Source of the DNA: Lachnospiraceae bacterium
GTDB taxonomy: Bacteria; Bacillota; Clostridia; Lachnospirales; Lachnospiraceae
Direction: 5' to 3'
NCBI GenBank assembly: GCA_021771755.1
Contig: JAETOL010000014.1
Coordinates: 4,751 to 68,750 of the forward strand
DNA length: 64,000 bases
Below are positions 37,714 through 47,363 of the stretch, piece by piece (position 1 is the stretch's first letter; each line of letters starts with the position of its first letter). A program made the translations under genes and the position numbers. Under the pieces are notes generated by a model. That model did not search any database and had not been told where the DNA came from. It worked only from the letters and a program-made list of their open reading frames with translations.

Positions 37714-38403
37714 TCATTTTTCTGCAAATATCAACAAAAAGCCAAAAAGAAGGATCAAAATACCCAGAATTCTTCTGATCCACACACCAACTGATGCATA
37801 TCTCGGGTTTCTGATCAGGCGGTCCACATAACTGTAACCAATCCCTGTTCCTACCAAAAGCACGCTGTGCCCCAGTGCATACAGAACCATCAGAAGCACG
37901 CCCCACCATGCATTTCTTCCCAATTCAGCAACCAGCGCCAACAGCGCCACCATAACCGGTATCGCACAGTGGGAAGCGAACACTCCGCCGAGTGCTCCTG
38001 TCAGAAACGCACCAATATAACCTTTTTTTGTCATATGTTCTGACATATGGATATGAGGAATGATATTTACGATCCCCAAAACCTGAAGCGCCATAAAGAT
38101 CATCAGGACTCCCATCAGGAATGTCCACCAATGGCCAGCCTCATGGAACAGATGACCGATAAACGATGCCACAGAACCAAAAACACCAAAAGTAACTGCC
38201 ATGCCTGCTGCCATGGAAACAGAAAGACGCACTGCTTTTTTACGGTCCGCATCCACTGCTCCTACACATGCCAAAAGCATAGGAACGGAAGCCAGCGAGC
38301 ACGGTGTAAAGGAAGTGATGATCCCTGCTGCCAGGCTCAACAGAGGAGCCGCCCACAGATTTTCTGTCATCAGCTTTGTAAGTGCAGTTATAATTTCCGT
38401 CAT
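37714..38403 (-). CDS. ccdA: CcdA/DsbD-family thiol:disulfide electron transporter
   Basis: 6-TM protein with the two conserved Cys motifs (SFTPCSLASVP and ASHCAIPV). ATG 38403 follows AAGGGAG. Confidence 0.7.
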   Translation of the reverse strand: MTEIITALTKLMTENLWAAPLLSLAAGIITSFTPCSLASVPMLLACVGAVDADRKKAVRLSVSMAAGMAVTFGVFGSVASFIGHLFHEAGHWWTFLMGVLMIFMALQVLGIVNIIPHIHMSEHMTKKGYIGAFLTGALGGVFASHCAIPVMVALLALVAELGRNAWWGVLLMVLYALGHSVLLVGTGIGYSYVDRLIRNPRYASVGVWIRRILGILILLFGFLLIFAEK

Positions 38404-38613
38404 ATACAACAAACTCCCTTCTTTATATAAATGTTACATCCATATTTTTCCTGTTCATTTCCTTTTGAAAAATGATTATAGCAGTATCTCTTTTATTTTT
38501 CAAGAAAATAAGTCTTGCAAAATCCAGACTTTAAGGTACAATGGGAATGAGCTGCAAAAACAGCGTTATATAAAAAACGACAACGAAACCATAATGAAGA
38601 AAAGAGGTACCTT

Positions 38614-40254
38614 ATGATTTCAGCAAATAACATCACATTAAGAGTTGGCAAAAAAGCTCTGTTTGAAGATGTAAACATCAAGTTCACCGAAGGAAACTGC
38701 TATGGTCTTATCGGTGCAAACGGCGCCGGAAAATCCACTTTCCTGAAAATTCTTTCCGGTCAGCTTGAACCTACGAACGGAGATATTGTCATCACTCCCG
38801 GCCAGAGACTTTCTTTCCTGCAGCAGGATCATTTCAAATATGATACTTATCCTGTTCTGGATACTGTCATCATGGGAAATACAAGACTGTATGACATTAT
38901 GAAAGAAAAAGAAGCTATTTATGCAAAAGAAGACTTTACAGATGAAGACGGCATCCGCGCAAGCGAGCTGGAGGGCGAATTTGCAGAAATGAACGGATGG
39001 GAGGCAGAATCTGATGCTGCCACTCTTCTCAATGGTCTTGGCATTGAAACCGAACTTCACTACACTATAATGTCAGAACTTACCGGAAGCCAAAAGGTGA
39101 AAGTGCTGCTTGCACAGGCTCTTTTTGGAAATCCGGACATCCTTCTTCTGGATGAGCCTACCAACCATCTTGACCTTCCTGCAATCGAATGGCTTGAGGA
39201 ATTCCTGATCAACTTTGATAACACGATCATTGTAGTATCACATGACCGTTATTTTCTTAACAAAGTATGTACTCACACAGCAGACATCGACTATGGAAAA
39301 ATCCAGCTTTATGCAGGTAACTATGACTTCTGGTTTGAGTCCAGCCAGCTTCTGATCAAGCAGATGAAAGAAGCCAACAAGAAAAAAGAAGAAAAAATCA
39401 AAGAGCTCCAGGAATTTATCTCACGTTTCAGCGCCAACGCCTCCAAATCCAAACAGGCAACTTCCCGTAAACGTGCACTGGAAAAAATCCAGCTGGACGA
39501 CATGCGTCCTTCCAGCCGTAAATATCCTTATATTGACTTTCGTCCCAACCGTGAAATCGGAAACGAAGTCCTTATGGTGGAAAATCTTTCCAAGACTATT
39601 GACGGAGTAAAAGTCCTTGACAATATCTCCTTTACTCTTGGACATGATGATAAGGTTGCCTTTGTAGGAGCTAATGAGCAGGCTATCACAACATTCTTCA
39701 AAATCCTTATGGGTGAAATGGAACCAGACGAAGGAAATTACAAATGGGGTGTCACAACTTCTCAGGCATATTTTCCAAAGGATAATACCGCCGAGTTTGA
39801 TAACGATTTAACGATTACAGACTGGCTCACTCAGTATTCTGAGATTAAAGATGCCACTTATGTTCGCGGATTCCTTGGTCGTATGCTCTTCCCGGGAGAA
39901 GACGGGGTAAAACGCGTCAGAGTTCTTTCCGGTGGAGAGAAAGTCCGCTGCCTCCTTTCCAAGATGATGATTTCCGGAGCAAACATCCTTCTTCTGGATG
40001 AACCTACCAACCATCTTGACATGGAGTCTATCACTGCTCTGAACAATGGCCTGATCAAATTCCCGGGAGTTATTCTTTTTACTTCTCACGATCACCAGTT
40101 TGTTCAGACAACTGCTAACCGCATCATGGAAATTCTTCCTGACGGTAAACTGATCGATAAGATCACTACTTATGATGAATATCTGGCAAGTGATGAAATG
40201 GCTAAGAAACGCCACGTATATACAATGAACGAAGAGGACGAAAACGATAACTAA
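38614..40254 (+). CDS. ABC-F family ATPase (YbiT-like translation factor type; no TM domain)
   Basis: Two ABC cassettes (GANGAGKST ... LLLDEPTNHLD, repeated) joined by a charged linker. The N-terminus resembles E. coli YbiT. Confidence 0.9.
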   Translation: MISANNITLRVGKKALFEDVNIKFTEGNCYGLIGANGAGKSTFLKILSGQLEPTNGDIVITPGQRLSFLQQDHFKYDTYPVLDTVIMGNTRLYDIMKEKEAIYAKEDFTDEDGIRASELEGEFAEMNGWEAESDAATLLNGLGIETELHYTIMSELTGSQKVKVLLAQALFGNPDILLLDEPTNHLDLPAIEWLEEFLINFDNTIIVVSHDRYFLNKVCTHTADIDYGKIQLYAGNYDFWFESSQLLIKQMKEANKKKEEKIKELQEFISRFSANASKSKQATSRKRALEKIQLDDMRPSSRKYPYIDFRPNREIGNEVLMVENLSKTIDGVKVLDNISFTLGHDDKVAFVGANEQAITTFFKILMGEMEPDEGNYKWGVTTSQAYFPKDNTAEFDNDLTITDWLTQYSEIKDATYVRGFLGRMLFPGEDGVKRVRVLSGGEKVRCLLSKMMISGANILLLDEPTNHLDMESITALNNGLIKFPGVILFTSHDHQFVQTTANRIMEILPDGKLIDKITTYDEYLASDEMAKKRHVYTMNEEDENDN

Positions 40255-40279
40255 TGTAAGTAAAAACAGCAGGCACCAC

Positions 40280-40756
40280 TTATACTGTGATGTCTGCTGT
40301 TTTTCCATTTGTAACTTCCAGAAGTTTTTCCAGAGGTACTTTCAGCGTCAGACCGATACGTCCTCCGCTGATATATATTTCCTGAAACCGTTCCGCCGAT
40401 GAATCAAATACCACCGGATATTGCTTTTTCATTCCCAGGGGGCTGCACCCTCCTCTTACATATCCTGTAATCTTAAGAATATCTTTTACGTGTATCATAT
40501 CGACCGCCTTCTCCCCTACAGCCCGGGCAGCCGCTTTTCTGTCCACCTCTTTTTCAATAGGCACAACAAACACATAATAGCCGCCGCTTTTGCCTTCCAT
40601 TACAAGCGTTTTAAAAGACTGTTCATAAGGTGCGCCAATAAGGTCTGCACTGTGAAGCCCATCAATAAATTCATCACACTCATACGGAAAAGCCTTATAC
40701 TTCACTTTTTTCCGATCCAGCATCCTCATTGCATTTGTTTTAACTTCTTTTGCCAT
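40280..40756 (-). CDS. ybaK: Cys-tRNA(Pro)/Cys-tRNA(Cys) deacylase
   Basis: TNAMRMLDRKKVKY, FKTLV and GGCSPLG are YbaK signatures. The ATG at 40756 overlaps the upstream gene's end by 17 nt. Confidence 0.85.
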   Translation of the reverse strand: MAKEVKTNAMRMLDRKKVKYKAFPYECDEFIDGLHSADLIGAPYEQSFKTLVMEGKSGGYYVFVVPIEKEVDRKAAARAVGEKAVDMIHVKDILKITGYVRGGCSPLGMKKQYPVVFDSSAERFQEIYISGGRIGLTLKVPLEKLLEVTNGKTADITV

Positions 40757-42035
40757 TACGTCCTTCTTTCCGGGAATACTTCTCTCCATGTTTTTTCCAT
40801 GGAAGGATGCTTTCCCTATCTTCCTCCTCCATCATTTCTCTAAGGATTTCTTCATCCAGTTCTTCTTCGTCTATTGAGTCCAGATCATCATAATCATACA
40901 GGTCATCATCGTCATAAAGATCCTCCTCATAAAGGTCTGCATAAAAAGCCTTTTCCCTCTGCTCTTTTGAAGGATAGACAGAGCGTCTTCCTCTCCACTC
41001 TTCATCTGAAGCATCCGGATGCTCCACTCTCACCGTATATGTTTTTTTCTTCGAAGAGTTTTTTGGATACGGTCTTCTTCCATAAGAATCACCATACGCA
41101 TAAGAATCCAGCGGAAGATCAAATTCTGGTTCTGACTTTTTACGTGGACGATAAATGATCGTCTTATCTGAATCAAGTCCATGAAATTCATGGTATTTCT
41201 CGCCTTTCCTGTCAAGCTGGATATCCACCGGCACATCTCTGCGGGAAGGATTCACTCTGGAACGCGGCTGTGATTCATAATAAACTTCCCTATACTCTTT
41301 TTCTTTGACATGTTCTCTCGGAACCGGCCTCCTTGTATTCTTCTTTGGAGTTTTTCTTACAGGCTCCCTCAGTTCTTCCTCATAGTCTTCCTCGTCATCT
41401 TCCTGATCATCGTCTATGTATTTTTTCCGGTTTGTGGCAAACTGAATCAACATTCCAAGAGCCGCAAAAGCTGCACTCAAGCCAATTCCATAAGGAAAAT
41501 CTGCAAGTCCTCCCAGTTTTGCCAGAGACATACCTGCCATAGCTCCGCCCAAAAGGCTGGTTCCTGTAATGATCACTTCTCTCGCCCATTTCATGGCAAG
41601 ACTTCCAAGCCCCACTCCTGCCAGCAGACACACAAAAAACATCAAAGACGTAGTCGGATGCAGCACATATATAGCAATTCCCAGTCCCAAGCCTGCGCCC
41701 ATTACAAAAATACCAGCTTTGTAACTGATGAATACGATCACTGCAAGAACAACACCCACTCCGGCTGCCACTGCAAGCTGTATCATCGTATCCCCTATTC
41801 CCATCAAAAATGAAGCTCCAAATCCCAGTCCGGCTCCCGCAATAAACCCAAAAAGCATCATCCAGAACCGCAGCAGGCGGTATCCCAAAACACAATTTAT
41901 CACTCCAAATACCAGAAGGACTCCAAAAATGATCATTTGTATGTCCGTCACAGCAGATGCTGTCCGAAGTCTTTCTATGATATCCATACCCTGAAGCAGT
42001 ATATCCAGGATAGCATTCATACTCTTTTCCTCCAT
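40740..42035 (-). CDS. Membrane protein: N-terminal multi-TM DUF4203-like domain + long highly charged disordered C-terminal tail
   Basis: About 6 Gly/Ala-rich TM helices in the first 200 aa. These are followed by 230 aa rich in D/E/K/R/Y (DDDQEDDEEDYEEE ... DDDDLYDYDDLDSIDEEELDEE). Confidence 0.55.
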   Translation of the reverse strand: MEEKSMNAILDILLQGMDIIERLRTASAVTDIQMIIFGVLLVFGVINCVLGYRLLRFWMMLFGFIAGAGLGFGASFLMGIGDTMIQLAVAAGVGVVLAVIVFISYKAGIFVMGAGLGLGIAIYVLHPTTSLMFFVCLLAGVGLGSLAMKWAREVIITGTSLLGGAMAGMSLAKLGGLADFPYGIGLSAAFAALGMLIQFATNRKKYIDDDQEDDEEDYEEELREPVRKTPKKNTRRPVPREHVKEKEYREVYYESQPRSRVNPSRRDVPVDIQLDRKGEKYHEFHGLDSDKTIIYRPRKKSEPEFDLPLDSYAYGDSYGRRPYPKNSSKKKTYTVRVEHPDASDEEWRGRRSVYPSKEQREKAFYADLYEEDLYDDDDLYDYDDLDSIDEEELDEEILREMMEEEDRESILPWKKHGEKYSRKEGRNGKRS

Positions 42036-42046
42036 TATATATAAAG

Positions 42047-43282
42047 TTAAAACATAAAATACATGGTCTTCATATTTTCAAGCAGACCATAATGATATTC
42101 CACCGAATCCATCCCATACATTTGAAGGTAATATTCGGCTACATAATTAATATAACTTTCTTCTATCCACTCCCTGTAAGCTTCATTATACGCTTCCTGG
42201 GTGCTGAATTTAAAACGTATTACCGCAGCTCCATTATTCAAACGCATCTGACAGTACTCGTACAATTCCTGTCTGTCGTAAGTATCAAAGCAGCCCTGGT
42301 TCAACACATAAAAATTTCTGTCTGCCGCTGTACACTCCGGCAGCGGAAACTCCGTCGACGCTGTGTAGATCCGATCATACTCTTCCGGAAAAGGACAGAG
42401 ATAATCATACATGATCGTCTTATGTTCTACCAGTTCAACCGCATCGCCCTCCAAAAATTCTGTCTGATCCCCATTTGTCGCATCCACATAATAATACTGT
42501 CCATCGATCGTCACAATATTCCACGCATGTCCCTCATCACTGCCCGCAGTATCTCCCTCTACATAGATACAGGGAATACCAAGCCTTTCCAGCAAATACT
42601 GTACTGCCCTGGCATATCCGGCACAAACAGCCTCTTTTTTCCAAAACACTCCTGCAATATTCTGATCATCCTCTGTGGAAACATATTCTGTTGTATCAAT
42701 CAGATACGTATATACCGTCTTGATCTTTTCATAATCATTGACCGCATCTGCATTCATAGAAGAAACTTCCTGAAATGCAAGCTCCATCGATTGTTGAATT
42801 TCCTGCATCTGCTGCTCTGTATAAGTATATCCCGGTGAAAAACTACAGTAATTTTTCCCTGGATATGACGTTCTGTAAACCGGCTGTCGATTGTGTATCC
42901 AGAAAAGCTCCGGATGATCTTTCAAAATTCCATGATAGGCTTTATCAATCGTATTTTCATTTGCCGTTGTAAGATAAAATTCTTCTTTTCTCTGACGGAT
43001 ACCCTGAAGCATTTCTCTATATACTCTTTTTTCTTCTTCTGTCAGAAAAGAAAAATAATATTCCTGATGGCCTTCATCGAACTGAACAACCTCCTGCTCC
43101 CTGAGCTGCTGAACCTCTTTTGGTTCCGGATCCAGAAATGATTCTGCCATATCCACCAGAGAACTCTGAGGTTCCTCTCCCGTCTGATTCTTCAAAAACA
43201 GCGTATAGGACAGAGCGCATAGGATTCCGAGCAGAAACAGAAGGAACAGAAAGCCTTTTCCCGGAAATCGTTTTCTTTTCAT
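42047..43282 (-). CDS. Transglutaminase-like cysteine protease superfamily protein, N-terminally membrane-anchored or secreted
   Basis: Cys-His-Asp triad context (AVCAGYARAV ... EGHAWNIV ... YYVDATNGD) and an N-terminal hydrophobic anchor. Confidence 0.75.
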   Translation of the reverse strand: MKRKRFPGKGFLFLLFLLGILCALSYTLFLKNQTGEEPQSSLVDMAESFLDPEPKEVQQLREQEVVQFDEGHQEYYFSFLTEEEKRVYREMLQGIRQRKEEFYLTTANENTIDKAYHGILKDHPELFWIHNRQPVYRTSYPGKNYCSFSPGYTYTEQQMQEIQQSMELAFQEVSSMNADAVNDYEKIKTVYTYLIDTTEYVSTEDDQNIAGVFWKKEAVCAGYARAVQYLLERLGIPCIYVEGDTAGSDEGHAWNIVTIDGQYYYVDATNGDQTEFLEGDAVELVEHKTIMYDYLCPFPEEYDRIYTASTEFPLPECTAADRNFYVLNQGCFDTYDRQELYEYCQMRLNNGAAVIRFKFSTQEAYNEAYREWIEESYINYVAEYYLQMYGMDSVEYHYGLLENMKTMYFMF

Positions 43283-43368
43283 CTGATTCTCCTTTTTGAA
43301 AAATCATGCCCATGCGGCCTTATTCCGATCCGCATGGGCATATTTTTAATCTCTATAGACACATTCGA

Positions 43369-45504
43369 TCAGTCACTGAACACAATTTCAATATCTTCGA
43401 TTTCCGGTCTGCCCGGAAGAATCTCCGGAACTCCATAAACAGATACATTCTGGTCAAGAATTGCCTGCAGTGTATCTGTCACCTCTACATTCCCATTGTC
43501 TCCGCTGCCATCAGAAAGCACGATATCTCCACTGTCTTCTGTCTCCTCAAAGGTAACAACAACGTCATCCTCGCCGTCACCGGAAACGAAAATTTCCTCG
43601 TTTTCAATATCTTCTGTGTCTGTTGTATTTTCCTGAGATGTACCGGAAGTAAAGTCTGTATCTGCCGCCTGATCTACGGTAAGCCCCTCTGGAATCTCCG
43701 CATTATCTGCTGCAGCTCCGTCGCTGATCATCTGTTCCAGTTCCTCTTTTGTCGGATAAAAGTCAGGCTGACGGATATAACGGAAGCTTGCACCATATGC
43801 TTCTCCTACAGTAACTCCATTTTTGCTGGAAGAGCAATGAACTGCAATCCAGTCCCCGGCATCTGTCTGTCCGCAAATGATTCCTACATGATTATTGCTT
43901 CCTGCCTCCGGACCACTCTGAAACACCAGATCTCCAGGCTGGGCGTCCTGCTCACTTACTACATTTGCATTCAGCCATTGAGCAGAAGTTCCATCTCCGA
44001 TTGTTTCCTGCATATCCTGATCCAAATAACCATTAATCACTGCCCAGGTAACAAATCCGCTGCAGTCCAGTCCATAAGCCCTTACGGTTCCCGTACTCGG
44101 GCTTCCTTCTGCAGACACTTTTTCTGCATTTCCCCAAGTAGAATCTTTTCCGATCACTGTTGATTTTCCTCCCCAGAAATAACCAACTTCTCCTACCAGG
44201 GAATAAGCTGCAGTAATCACATTGACGCGTTCCTCGGATACATTTTCTCCAACACTCTGGCGTACAAAGCCTTTCGCATCTGTAACAATCGCGCACAAAA
44301 GTTTACAGTCTGTCTCTACATATTTTTTCAGAACAGCTCTGTCTTCCTGTCCAATCTTATTTTCTTTGATATAATGATTGATGTGATAATTTCCATAGGA
44401 AACATGTGAAAGCTGTTTTTCATCTCTTATAACCGGATTCATTTCAGCAAAGATTGCTGCAAGATCACCTTTGGCCGTACTGTCCAGCTTAAATTCTGTC
44501 ACACCTTCCTGGCTTTTTTCATATACATACACGGCAAGAATATCCTGCCAGTTTCTTACAAGAAGAGAATCTGAAGACGCAGTCAGATTATTGCTTCTCG
44601 AATCGCTGGAATCAGTCAGTCCGTTTTTTTCTTTATATTCTTTTTCAATCTCATCCATTACAGAGGAAAAATCATCAGAAAAAGAAAGCTGATAATTATT
44701 TTTCAGACTGTCCAGATAAAACTCGCGTCCCGCATGAAGATTCGCCACCATACTGCTATAATACACTGGTGTTCCTTCTCTTCCCGGTTCTGTTCCATCA
44801 GAAATATCTGTCGAATCGCTATCTGTACTATTATTTTCCTCTTCTTTCAACTCAGCGATCCGCTTTTCCATTTCCTCGAGCTTCTCATAATTTGTTACCA
44901 GTTTCTTCTGTTCTTCTGTGAGCTTATCATATGCTGCCCGAAGGGCTTTTACTTTTGGCTCATGCTTCAAAGTCAGTTTTTCCTTTGACAGCTGTTCAAT
45001 TTCATAAATAAGCTTTTTTACTGTCTGATCATCCGGTGTTGGCGTTGGCGTCGGCGTTCCGGTGGGTCCGGGTGTCACACTTGGCTCAGGTGTCACGCTT
45101 GGCTCAGGTGTAATACTTGGTTCCGGTGTCACGCTTGGCTCAGGCATTACACTTGGTTCCGGCGTCACACTTGGAATCGGTGTCACATCCGGGTCAGGTG
45201 TAATACTTGGTTCCGGTGCCTGCGTCGGCTCTGGCGCCTGCGTTGGTATCGGCGCTTCCGTGGGTACCGGTGCTTCTGTCGGTACCGGTGCTTCCGTCGG
45301 CGCCGGAGCAACTGTCGGTGCCGGTGCTGCTGTTGGTTCCGGCTGCACCGTCTCCTGAGAAACCCCATCATCCGAATCTGAAACAGATGCCGTGCCATCC
45401 CCATTTGCCATTACAGACGCAGGTGTAGACAGCACGGTAGCTGATATTAACGTGATACATAAATATTTTGTAAGATATTCCGGCGGTTTTAGCACAAAAT
45501 TCAT
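43369..45504 (-). CDS. Secreted NlpC/P60 (C40) cell-wall hydrolase with Pro/Thr-rich repeat linker and coiled-coil region
   Basis: Signal-like N-terminus from ATG 45504. The NlpC/P60 Cys/His context is YGLDCSGFVTWAV ... NHVGII. Confidence 0.8.
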   Translation of the reverse strand: MNFVLKPPEYLTKYLCITLISATVLSTPASVMANGDGTASVSDSDDGVSQETVQPEPTAAPAPTVAPAPTEAPVPTEAPVPTEAPIPTQAPEPTQAPEPSITPDPDVTPIPSVTPEPSVMPEPSVTPEPSITPEPSVTPEPSVTPGPTGTPTPTPTPDDQTVKKLIYEIEQLSKEKLTLKHEPKVKALRAAYDKLTEEQKKLVTNYEKLEEMEKRIAELKEEENNSTDSDSTDISDGTEPGREGTPVYYSSMVANLHAGREFYLDSLKNNYQLSFSDDFSSVMDEIEKEYKEKNGLTDSSDSRSNNLTASSDSLLVRNWQDILAVYVYEKSQEGVTEFKLDSTAKGDLAAIFAEMNPVIRDEKQLSHVSYGNYHINHYIKENKIGQEDRAVLKKYVETDCKLLCAIVTDAKGFVRQSVGENVSEERVNVITAAYSLVGEVGYFWGGKSTVIGKDSTWGNAEKVSAEGSPSTGTVRAYGLDCSGFVTWAVINGYLDQDMQETIGDGTSAQWLNANVVSEQDAQPGDLVFQSGPEAGSNNHVGIICGQTDAGDWIAVHCSSSKNGVTVGEAYGASFRYIRQPDFYPTKEELEQMISDGAAADNAEIPEGLTVDQAADTDFTSGTSQENTTDTEDIENEEIFVSGDGEDDVVVTFEETEDSGDIVLSDGSGDNGNVEVTDTLQAILDQNVSVYGVPEILPGRPEIEDIEIVFSD
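45034..45345 (-). repeat. Tandem 18-bp (6-codon) repeats encoding [PEPSVT]n and [APVPTE]n inside the NlpC/P60 gene
   Basis: Plus strand shows GGTGTCACxCTTGGCTCA-type units about 9 times, then GGTGCTTCCGTxGGTACC-type units about 5 times. Translation: APVPTEAPVPTEAPIPTQAPEPTQAPEPSITPDPDVTPIPSVTPEPSVMPEPSVTPEPSITPEPSVTPEPSVTPGPTGTPTPTPTP. Confidence 0.85.
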
Positions 45505-45526
45505 ATTTTTTTCATATTTATCCCGT

Positions 45527-46153
45527 TTAAAATGCCGGGATCCGAGCCGGCATCGAACCGGTACTAAGATGACACACTCCCTGAAATACCTGACAGCAAA
45601 CATTTAAAATATATCCGATATCATCGGTAATATTTCTTTCTTTTTTCAGATAAATCTCATGCTGTGTTTTAATATATTCGATAATCTGTCCAAAATCACC
45701 AAAATGGATCGCCGGACCTGCATATTTATCCGCTTCTCCATTTCTGATATAGCTTTTTAATCTGTTTTTCAACTCTTTTTCATAACTGTTATGCTGTACC
45801 AAAGAACCTGTAAACGTCCTATTGTGTGGAAATGTAAAATAATCCGCAATATAATGGAAGATTTCTCCAAGTCTTCGCCAGAATACTCTTTCCTTATACT
45901 GTTCAGTTCCATATTCTACCAGAAGTTTCAGTTTTTCCTGAACCTCATCAAAAGTTCCAAAAAACTCATGTCTTTTTGTTACAAAAGAAGGTCTGATATC
46001 CGGAAGAATACTTCCAAGACAAAATGCTTTTCTATGTGACTGTAAACTTTCGGAAGCTGTCATCTGGTCAGCCAGATATCTTGCCAGCAATATATGTGAT
46101 TTTTTTCTCAAATCTTTTCTCTCTTTCTTAAAGAAACCGTTTATCGCAGCCAA
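45527..46153 (-). CDS. Zinc-dependent phospholipase C-like family protein (tentative)
   Basis: His-rich motifs spaced as in small PLC-like proteins (SHILLARYLA, LGSILPD, FHYIADYFTFPHN). Only a TTG start is available at 46153. Confidence 0.4.
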   Translation of the reverse strand: MAAINGFFKKERKDLRKKSHILLARYLADQMTASESLQSHRKAFCLGSILPDIRPSFVTKRHEFFGTFDEVQEKLKLLVEYGTEQYKERVFWRRLGEIFHYIADYFTFPHNRTFTGSLVQHNSYEKELKNRLKSYIRNGEADKYAGPAIHFGDFGQIIEYIKTQHEIYLKKERNITDDIGYILNVCCQVFQGVCHLSTGSMPARIPAF

Positions 46154-46244
46154 AATATACTATACCAGAAACATCATATTTTTACAAATAAAATTTTTGT
46201 AAAATATGATGAAATCCTATTTTTCCATTCACAACTACTGCATT

Positions 46245-47174
46245 CTAAGGATTACAGTTTTTACACGGAGTATAGCCCTGACTGATCAGTTCATCTCTGC
46301 TGCCTGTATATTCCAGTTTGTTTTTCTCTTTCATGCGTTTTACACTCGAACATTCTGGTTTGTGAAAAATTTCTGTATTAATATTGACCACATATGCAGC
46401 CTGACTGATCGCATTGTCTTCTGACTGATTCGCCATATTTTCGCCATCCGAAAGCGCTTCGGCTTCCTCCGTCACATATTCTGAATCTTCCCAGCTATCC
46501 CCTGTACGGTAATCAATTTTCACTCCTGGCTGAACGTTATAGCAATACACATTAAAGAGAATTCCCTCGCCCTCGTCTTCTACAGATCTCGCCTCCATCT
46601 GCACGCCGGAAGCCACCAGGTCATCGCCCTGATATAAAGGTGTCACTCTGTAAAGCACATGATTTCCCGTCTCATGGATATAATCTGCCGTCATATTTTC
46701 AAAAGGCAGCATTCCATCCACATTCATATATCTGGTACCCGTTATCAGATTTTGTTTATTTGCATTTTCTGCCGTAAGCTGATATCCAATGAGGTGACAT
46801 CTGTTATATAAATACTTTCCATCTACAAAATCATACTTTACTGTCTGCCATCCGGAAGGACGAACCTGTCCTATTTTTTCTCTCTCTTTTTGCGGCATCA
46901 GATCCGGTCCGATATTGGCATATGCCACTCCACACCTGCCAAGCGCATCCAGTTCACTATAGCTTTCAAAAGATTCTTCCGTAAATTCCTCCTGTGAAAA
47001 CTCTGGAACATTATCATTCAGCACCGTATATGGATTTCCCGTATAAGAAGGTATTTCTGCCAGGTCCGCGGCTGCATAAACCACCGTGCTTTCCACGTAC
47101 GAACCGCCACTTCCCCAAATCAGTATCCCCGCAGCTGCAGCCGAAACCAAAAACCGTTTCAAACTTTTCAACAT
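46245..47174 (-). CDS. Secreted DNA/RNA non-specific endonuclease (EndA/DNA-entry-nuclease-like) with C-terminal Cys-rich Zn-binding module
   Basis: Signal peptide, nuclease core (LDALGRCG, NRCHLIGYQL, GTRYMN), and a C-terminal FHKPECSSV...GYTPCKNCNP motif. Confidence 0.75.
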   Translation of the reverse strand: MLKSLKRFLVSAAAAGILIWGSGGSYVESTVVYAAADLAEIPSYTGNPYTVLNDNVPEFSQEEFTEESFESYSELDALGRCGVAYANIGPDLMPQKEREKIGQVRPSGWQTVKYDFVDGKYLYNRCHLIGYQLTAENANKQNLITGTRYMNVDGMLPFENMTADYIHETGNHVLYRVTPLYQGDDLVASGVQMEARSVEDEGEGILFNVYCYNVQPGVKIDYRTGDSWEDSEYVTEEAEALSDGENMANQSEDNAISQAAYVVNINTEIFHKPECSSVKRMKEKNKLEYTGSRDELISQGYTPCKNCNP

Positions 47175-47363
47175 ATCCGCTCCTCTCTACACAGTTCTCT
47201 GTCTTTCGACATTTTTCCTATGAGAATCCTATCACAGAAAGGAGCTTTTTTCAATCTTCTACAGAAAAGCTTCCGAAATCTATTCGGAAGCAGGCTGCTG
47301 TTCGCTTCGTTTACAGCAATGAAACGATTATAAAAAACAAGGTACGGAAACCGTACCTTGTTT

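Noticed and set aside
38594-38617. 7-codon uORF (MKKRGTL) overlapping the ABC-F start, considered as an ARE-type leader peptide
   Set aside because: Its sequence is simply the purine-rich RBS of the ABC-F gene, it has no RBS of its own, and no attenuator hairpins follow. The ABC-F protein looks YbiT-like rather than a resistance type.
45062-45358. 98-aa Gly/Ser/Val repeat ORF (GSGVTLGSG...) on the plus strand
   Set aside because: It is the antisense reading of the Pro/Thr repeat region of the NlpC/P60 gene.
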